From Thermoplasmata archaeon (GTDB lineage: Archaea > Thermoplasmatota > Thermoplasmata > GCA-020350865): a stretch of 12,897 nucleotides of DNA. Of the stretch, positions 8,738-12,897 are shown one piece after another. The translations under genes were made by a program, and so were the position numbers. The notes under the pieces are model-generated. The model did not search any database, was not told the origin of the DNA, and saw only the letters and a list, made by a program, of their open reading frames with translations. The first letter of the stretch is position 1. Each line of letters begins with the position of its first letter. The stretch covers positions 1 to 12,897 of the forward strand of contig JAZGAR010000236.1 in the NCBI GenBank assembly GCA_036475875.1, in the 5' to 3' direction.

Positions 8738-8747
8738 CAAATATATA
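8738..8747 (+). promoter_or_regulatory. Putative archaeal TATA box for the UFM1-like operon
   Basis: AAATATATAA lies about 40 nt upstream of ATG 8786, with GGAGTGA (SD) 5 nt before the ATG. This implies a short leader. Confidence 0.35.
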
Positions 8748-8785
8748 ACCTCAACGCCATCATTCTTTCGAACGGGAGTGAGAAA

Positions 8786-9049
8786 ATGGTTAGAATGGAC
8801 AACAAGGTTGCACTTCGTTTTACATTTATTAGCGAGCCAGAGAAGCCTGTGGTCACTGTACAGGTTCCGAAGGATATGTTGTTTCAGGAAGCGTTGGTTC
8901 TGGCTGCAAAAAAACAGGGCAAGGATCCCAGCATTTTAAGCGCCACATATCCAGCAGGTACGCCTATTACCGGCGGAACGGTTGAAAAGGTCATTGAGCA
9001 GGGCGCCAATATACATGTCATCGACCCCTCCGTCGTGGGTTCAAGGTAA
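8786..9049 (+). CDS. ufm1: UFM1-like ubiquitin-fold modifier, pro-form (Gly85 followed by Ser-Arg)
   Basis: Aligns end to end with human UFM1 as recalled. KVALRFTFISEPEKPVVTVQVPKDMLFQEALVLAA matches [35 protein letters not shown], and the C-terminus IHVIDPSVVG-SR matches LRIIPRDRVG-SC. ATG 8795 is an alternative start. Confidence 0.8.
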   Translation: MVRMDNKVALRFTFISEPEKPVVTVQVPKDMLFQEALVLAAKKQGKDPSILSATYPAGTPITGGTVEKVIEQGANIHVIDPSVVGSR

Positions 9050-9136
9050 CTCAAGAACGAAATGGGATGAGTGTTTACCTCAGCTTTCGTTGGCACATTG
9101 ATAATTCATGCTTCTAATCTTGAGCGGGATATATAA

Positions 9137-9661
9137 TTGGCACCAAGACGTGATGCTGTGAAGCAGGAACCGGATTTATTCTATTTCTTGCAATGCTCCA
9201 CCGTGGTTTCTCCACAAGATGAGCAATGGGCTATGAGGATCAAGGAGGAGAAATACGCCCTTTTAAAATACATACAGTATGTGGATTACATGGAGAAGAG
9301 CGAGAAAGAGCAACGATGGTTCTCAATAAGACCTATTGGCGAAGATGCCATACGATGGGAGGGCACTGTAACAGCGGAAAACAGGACCTATCTCATAGAA
9401 ATAGTGCTTAAAGACTCTTATCCGTACACACCTCCCGCCGCAAGAGTGCCTGAACTTATGCGCTACACAGACAGAAAGCTAGATGACAATATCCTGGGCT
9501 TGAGAATCTGCGATATGCATATGGAGCAGAACTACTGGTGGAACGAGTACTGCAGTCTTGCCCTGTACTTGAAAAGAGAAGTATCGTACTGGCTGCAGAG
9601 CGTGATATTCCATCTGAAGCAAAAAGGTTGGTTGGAATGGACGAAAGGTATCAACGACTAG
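9137..9661 (+). CDS. ufc1: UFC1-like E2 (UFM1-conjugating enzyme homologue), catalytic Cys at 9509-9511
   Basis: Four blocks match UFC1: SPQDEQWAMRIKEEKYALLKYI vs [30 protein letters not shown]..IRWEG vs DWFRLES..TRWFG; DSYPYTPPAARVPEL vs ITYPTTAPEIAVPEL; LRICDMHM vs GKICLTDHF. There is no HPN motif; TDR sits where UFC1 has TAK. Homology extends upstream of the first ATG (9233), so the start is probably TTG 9137 or GTG 9158. Confidence 0.8.
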   Translation: MAPRRDAVKQEPDLFYFLQCSTVVSPQDEQWAMRIKEEKYALLKYIQYVDYMEKSEKEQRWFSIRPIGEDAIRWEGTVTAENRTYLIEIVLKDSYPYTPPAARVPELMRYTDRKLDDNILGLRICDMHMEQNYWWNEYCSLALYLKREVSYWLQSVIFHLKQKGWLEWTKGIND

Positions 9662-10527
9662 CCCTGTTTGAATTCGCTGATTTCTCGAAGCTTCGCAACA
9701 AGAGCGCTTTGGTTGTGGGAGTTGGGGGCCTTGGAGCAACTGTGGCAGAAATCCTCACCAGAGTGGGTATCGGAAGATTGGTGCTAATAGATTACGATAA
9801 ACTCGAAATAGCCAATATGAACAGATTGATATACAAGCCAAGCCAGGTTGGAATGTATAAGGTGGAGGCTTTGAAAGATTACCTCTTTGAAATCAGTCAA
9901 GACGTGGATATCGTGGCTTATCCCAACGACATTACCACGGGAGAGGGATATAAAATCTTTATCGAGGAGACCGAGAAAAGTGATGTGGTTTTTGGATGTG
10001 TGGATACATTTGGGGTGAGGCTTTTTATGAACGCAAAATGCGTAAAGAAGGGGAAAACGTTTATTGACGGCGGAGCGAGCCTTGACGGCATTAGAGGTAG
10101 TGTACAGGTGGTGATACCGGGCAAAACCGCCTGCTACAGATGTCATAGACATGTGTTGGGCCTGGGAAAGGAAAGACCGCAAGAACCAGATGTGGATTCG
10201 AAGGATGTCAAGGAGGATATGGAGTTCTACTTAGGGTTCGAGGAACCGGGAAAAGACAGAGAATCAGGGCTTTGCCACATAACTTCTTTGCCCACCACGA
10301 TGGCTATAATCGCTGCCCTACAGTGTCAAGAGGGTTTCAAGTATCTATTGAATTTCGGTGAGGTGGCTGGGTTTTTGATGTACAACGGCTTCAGAGGTGA
10401 GATAGAGAGGTATGACAGAGAGATAGACCCGAATTGTCCTGTATGTGGAAAGGGAAAAACCCAGTTGGACGAGAAGAAGCTCAAGGAGATAGATGAAGCT
10501 GCAAAGATGTTCGATAAGATGACCTAG
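9637..10527 (+). CDS. uba5: UBA5-like E1 (UFM1-activating enzyme homologue), adenylation domain only; catalytic Cys at 10273-10275
   Basis: VGVGGLGATVAEILTRVGIGRLVLIDYDKLEIANMNRLIY matches UBA5 [40 protein letters not shown]. Further matches are CVDTFGVR / CVDNFEAR, VIPGKTACYRC / IIPGESACFAC, GLCHITSLPTTMA / GVCAASLPTTMG and KYLLNFG / KFLLNFG. The second zinc pair is CPVC. I place the start at ATG 9637 (MDERYQRL, matching the YSRL start of the UBA5 domain). The ORF is open from 9538, but that stretch overlaps the E2 gene. Confidence 0.85.
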   Translation: MDERYQRLALFEFADFSKLRNKSALVVGVGGLGATVAEILTRVGIGRLVLIDYDKLEIANMNRLIYKPSQVGMYKVEALKDYLFEISQDVDIVAYPNDITTGEGYKIFIEETEKSDVVFGCVDTFGVRLFMNAKCVKKGKTFIDGGASLDGIRGSVQVVIPGKTACYRCHRHVLGLGKERPQEPDVDSKDVKEDMEFYLGFEEPGKDRESGLCHITSLPTTMAIIAALQCQEGFKYLLNFGEVAGFLMYNGFRGEIERYDREIDPNCPVCGKGKTQLDEKKLKEIDEAAKMFDKMT

Positions 10528-10543
10528 CTTGCGGAGTGTGATC

Positions 10544-11587
10544 ATGGTTGACCAAAACAATGTGGTGATGAAGCGCGACCTGAAAAGAGCCATAATAGAG
10601 CATGCATTGGACGGGGCGAGAAAGGATGGTTATGAAGTTCTGGGTTGGCTTACCGGCTTCTCCACAAAAGACACTGTTTACATATGCGATGCGGTCCCAT
10701 GCACCAAGTACAAGAGACAGTCTAGATACAGTGCTGAGGCTGACCCGAGCGAAGAGGCCAAGCTGGCAAGTGAGTTTCCAAGGAATGTGGGCATCGTCGG
10801 TTTATACCACTCCCATCCATTCAAGATGGATCATGAGTCAGGCGAATTCAGAAGGCTCTACGGGGTGAGTGAGCTTTTCCATAGCGGTACGGACGATGCC
10901 ATGCTGAGAAGCAGATCCAGTAGGATGAAGAACTATGTCTCTGTTGTTACAGATATAGATAACATATCCTGCTATGTAATGCACCGCAAGAAGCCCAAGA
11001 AGGTCAAGGAGAACCTGGTGAGTGACATCAATTTCAAGGATCATTTGCGGCCTATAAATTCGAAGATCCAGTTCACCATCAATAAAAGGTTCGATAAAAA
11101 ATTGGGTCTCGGTAAAATGATCAGAGCCATCGAGGAGAAGTTGTTGGAAGACATAGACAAGAAAGTGAAGGAAGACGCTGTTCGGATTCAACAGGGTCCA
11201 GTAGGCAACGTGATGCGAATACTGCCCTTCGAACGGAATCTCAACGAGAGGGCAGGCAACGCCAAAGGGAATTTTTTCCGCATAGCTCCAGAGAATGGAA
11301 AGGTAAACATCAAGGCTGTGATGAACCTCACGCCCACAATCTTCGTGCAGAAAGGCTACATCGATCTATCCTCTGCCACAGAATCCATGAAGAACGAGAT
11401 CGCCGACTACATCGTTTACCTCACATGGAACGATATCGAATACTCAGAGTTCGAGAGGCATTTGTCCTCGCAAATAAGGGAGTTGGAGGTCCATTTGGGG
11501 CGTTTAACAACAAAATACGATGAAATGAGTGGTATTCCAATGAAGATCTACACAAGGCCTAAAAGAAGGATGACCCTTAAAAAGTAG
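10544..11587 (+). CDS. JAMM/MPN+ metalloprotease with ~200-aa uncharacterised C-terminal domain (candidate pro-UFM1 processing / de-UFMylase)
   Basis: The motif elements are YEVLGWLTG (catalytic Glu), GLYHSHP (10808-10816) and HSGTDD (Ser-x-x-Asp). ATG 10544 has GGAG 8 nt upstream and lies 16 nt after the E1 stop; the TTG at 10529 is the alternative. I recognise no family for residues ~150-347. Confidence 0.75.
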   Translation: MVDQNNVVMKRDLKRAIIEHALDGARKDGYEVLGWLTGFSTKDTVYICDAVPCTKYKRQSRYSAEADPSEEAKLASEFPRNVGIVGLYHSHPFKMDHESGEFRRLYGVSELFHSGTDDAMLRSRSSRMKNYVSVVTDIDNISCYVMHRKKPKKVKENLVSDINFKDHLRPINSKIQFTINKRFDKKLGLGKMIRAIEEKLLEDIDKKVKEDAVRIQQGPVGNVMRILPFERNLNERAGNAKGNFFRIAPENGKVNIKAVMNLTPTIFVQKGYIDLSSATESMKNEIADYIVYLTWNDIEYSEFERHLSSQIRELEVHLGRLTTKYDEMSGIPMKIYTRPKRRMTLKK

Positions 11588-11589
11588 GT

Positions 11590-12738
11590 TTATGTGACCA
11601 ACCTCGCCCCGCATTTTCTACAGAACATATCTCCAGGCTCGACTTTCGTGCCGCAGCCCACGCATTTAAGCTCCTCTTTCACTGGTTTACCGCATTTTCC
11701 GCAGAAAACATCCTCGTTCTTCACCTTCGCACCGCAGTTCGGGCAGTAATTCTGTTCCTCCTCTTTTTCTTCCTCCTCCCCTTTGATTTCTTCTGGTGGA
11801 GGTGGTGGTTCGATTTTGGGTAAGATCATCCTCCCGATGCTTTCTTCATAGCATTCCCTACAGGTGGTCTCCTCTCCGCCGTTAACCTCGATACAGATAT
11901 AGGCTATTTTTCTCTCGCCGCAAATGGAGCATATCTTAAGTTCCTCAGGCTCAATATGGGCAGTTGCCAGGTCTGAAATGATCTTCTTTCCTTCTTCACC
12001 CTCTCCTGGTGCAACGCCGAAAAGTGCTTCTGCCCCCCTTTTGGAGCAAAGAGCAAGCTTGAAGGCCTCGTCATAATCTTCCTTGGCAAAGCAGGCTTTC
12101 GCCTCGGTAAGCAATCTTTGGGCTTCACTTGCATCTGAATCAGCCATCATTGCATTCTCTTTTGCTGTGCCTGCCAAGGATATTGTGAACTTCGCAGCCA
12201 GGTAATTATCTGGTTTTTTCTCGATGGTATTTGATATATCTGGGATTTCCTCATGGAATTTGAGCACTTCTTTTGGCTTTTGGTTCTCCCCCACCAAATC
12301 CACTATCTCCTTGGGGGTTGATCGTGCCTCAATATCTGAATTCGAGGACACGACCCCAAAACCCGTTTTTTTGTCCCAATCCTTCTTTGAGCTCAATAAA
12401 AGCTCTTTCGCCTCCTCTATGGTAAATTTAGCCTTCTTTTCCAATCCCTGATCGTAGTAGGTATTCGCCTTGCTTATCAAATCCTCGGCAGAACCGGTGT
12501 CAATGCCTCTTCTTTTGAGATCAGTGGCTATCCTCCTCGTAGAGTTGATGATATTGAAGATATCGTCTGAATCCGGGGTCGAGGAAATCGCCTCCAAAAC
12601 TTTCGTCTCCTTCCTTTTTTTTACTGAAGGACCCTTTCTGACCTTCAACAGAATCCTTATTCCCATCCCAATTACAAAAATTACTCCAGCTACTATAATC
12701 AAAAAAAGAACTAGGCTTTTTATTTCTTCGGCCGTCAT
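11590..12738 (-). CDS. N-terminally membrane-anchored protein with helical repeat region, Pro/Glu linker and three zinc ribbons (one CxxC...CxxC plus a double zinc ribbon)
   Basis: A TM helix (LVLFLIIVAGVIFVIGMGIRILL) is followed by KVRKGPSVKKRKETK, so the rest is predicted cytoplasmic. MIT/TPR-like helices are present (SEAQRLLTEAKACFAKEDYDEAFKLAL). Then come CSICG...CRECY, a PPPPPEEIKGEEEEKEEE linker, and CPNC-x10-CGKC-x9-CVGC-x10-CRKC. TATA-like TTTAAATA (12762-12769) lies 23 nt upstream of the ATG. Confidence 0.7.
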   Translation of the reverse strand: MTAEEIKSLVLFLIIVAGVIFVIGMGIRILLKVRKGPSVKKRKETKVLEAISSTPDSDDIFNIINSTRRIATDLKRRGIDTGSAEDLISKANTYYDQGLEKKAKFTIEEAKELLLSSKKDWDKKTGFGVVSSNSDIEARSTPKEIVDLVGENQKPKEVLKFHEEIPDISNTIEKKPDNYLAAKFTISLAGTAKENAMMADSDASEAQRLLTEAKACFAKEDYDEAFKLALCSKRGAEALFGVAPGEGEEGKKIISDLATAHIEPEELKICSICGERKIAYICIEVNGGEETTCRECYEESIGRMILPKIEPPPPPEEIKGEEEEKEEEQNYCPNCGAKVKNEDVFCGKCGKPVKEELKCVGCGTKVEPGDMFCRKCGARLVT

Positions 12739-12761
12739 ACGGATATAGACCTACATTTCTG

Positions 12762-12769
12762 TATTTAAA
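12762..12769 (-). promoter_or_regulatory. Putative TATA box (TTTAAATA on minus strand), leaderless spacing to ATG 12738
   Basis: Sequence and spacing only. Confidence 0.35.
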
Positions 12770-12798
12770 CTTTAGGATATAAGTGCAGTTTTTTTCCA

Positions 12799-12897
12799 TT
12801 ACTCAGACTTTTCCTCCCCTTCTTCAGCTTCTTCTTTCCTGGCTTTTCTCACTTTCTTTTTCCTTTTTTCCCCTTCTTCAGCTTCTTCCTTATTAGC
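12799..12897 (-). CDS. 3' end of a gene running in from the window edge; Lys/Glu-rich C-terminal tail
   Basis: The minus-strand frame is open from 12897 to TAA at 12799-12801 and reads ANKEEAEEGEKRKKKVRKARKEEAEEGEEKSE. Only 32 codons are visible, so the product cannot be called. Confidence 0.4.
   Translation of the reverse strand, partial: ANKEEAEEGEKRKKKVRKARKEEAEEGEEKSE

Noticed and set aside
8972-8977. Internal Gly-Gly (PITGG) as the Ubl processing or conjugation site
   Set aside because: Alignment with UFM1 places this GG in the loop before the last helix and strand. Cleavage there would remove the final beta-strand of the beta-grasp fold. The C-terminal VG-SR aligns with the UFM1 VG-SC site.
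9538-9636. Extended E1 N-terminus (ORF-track start at 9538), or an E2-E1 fusion by frameshifting
   Set aside because: The extra 33 codons lie wholly inside the E2 coding region and have no similarity to UBA5. Homology begins exactly at MDERYQRL (ATG 9637). No slippery heptamer is evident in the overlap.
11590-11760. C-terminal Cys cluster of the membrane protein as a RING-type E3 domain
   Set aside because: The spacing CxxC-x10-CxxC-x9-CxxC-x10-CxxC has no His ligand and reads as two sequential zinc ribbons (a double zinc ribbon), not a cross-brace C3HC4. An E3 role remains only a contextual speculation.
220-12799. Long antisense or overlapping ORFs in the track (e.g. 220-606, 1310-1681, 3097-3543, 6256-6885, 8662-8856, 9784-10182, 10838-11191, 12470-12748, 12521-12799)
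   Set aside because: Each lies opposite to, or out of frame within, a gene with clear family homology. Their composition is skewed or low-complexity (Ser/Cys/Pro/Leu-rich), and they lack start-site signals. They are shadow ORFs.
1-12897. CRISPR arrays, tRNA/rRNA genes, transposases, integrases or terminal inverted repeats
   Set aside because: I found no regularly spaced repeats, no cloverleaf-compatible sequence with a T-loop consensus, and no recombinase-like ORF on either strand.

Overview
The window looks archaeal. It carries aNob1, THUMP-Trm11 and V4R genes, A/T-rich TATA-like boxes 20-30 nt upstream of several starts (leaderless-type spacing), and GGAG-type Shine-Dalgarno sites inside operons. 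I saw no rRNA, tRNA, CRISPR array or mobile element. From 5' to 3' it contains: (1) a surface-glycan cluster (GT4 glycosyltransferase truncated at the edge, GMD/Rmd-like SDR sugar-nucleotide enzyme, SAM methyltransferase); (2) a 414-nt non-coding gap with a strong candidate RNA structure; (3) YjbQ-family and TIGR04076-like genes; (4) a minus-strand string TrmO / RidA / Nob1 / double-zinc-ribbon membrane protein, the last interrupted by one in-frame TAG; (5) two small proteins of unknown function; (6) Trm11 and a V4R protein. (7) The main result is a compact plus-strand operon at 8786-11587. Its products align by eye, along their whole lengths, with the eukaryotic UFMylation trio: UFM1 (including a two-residue pro-peptide after the conjugating Gly), the E2 UFC1 and the E1 UBA5. 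A JAMM/MPN metalloprotease with a large uncharacterised C-terminal domain follows, in place of a UfSP cysteine protease. A convergent gene 2 nt away encodes an N-terminally membrane-anchored protein with helical repeats and three zinc ribbons. No UFL1, DDRGK1, CDK5RAP3 or UfSP homologue is recognisable. All homology calls rest on visual comparison with family sequences recalled from memory, because no searches could be run.
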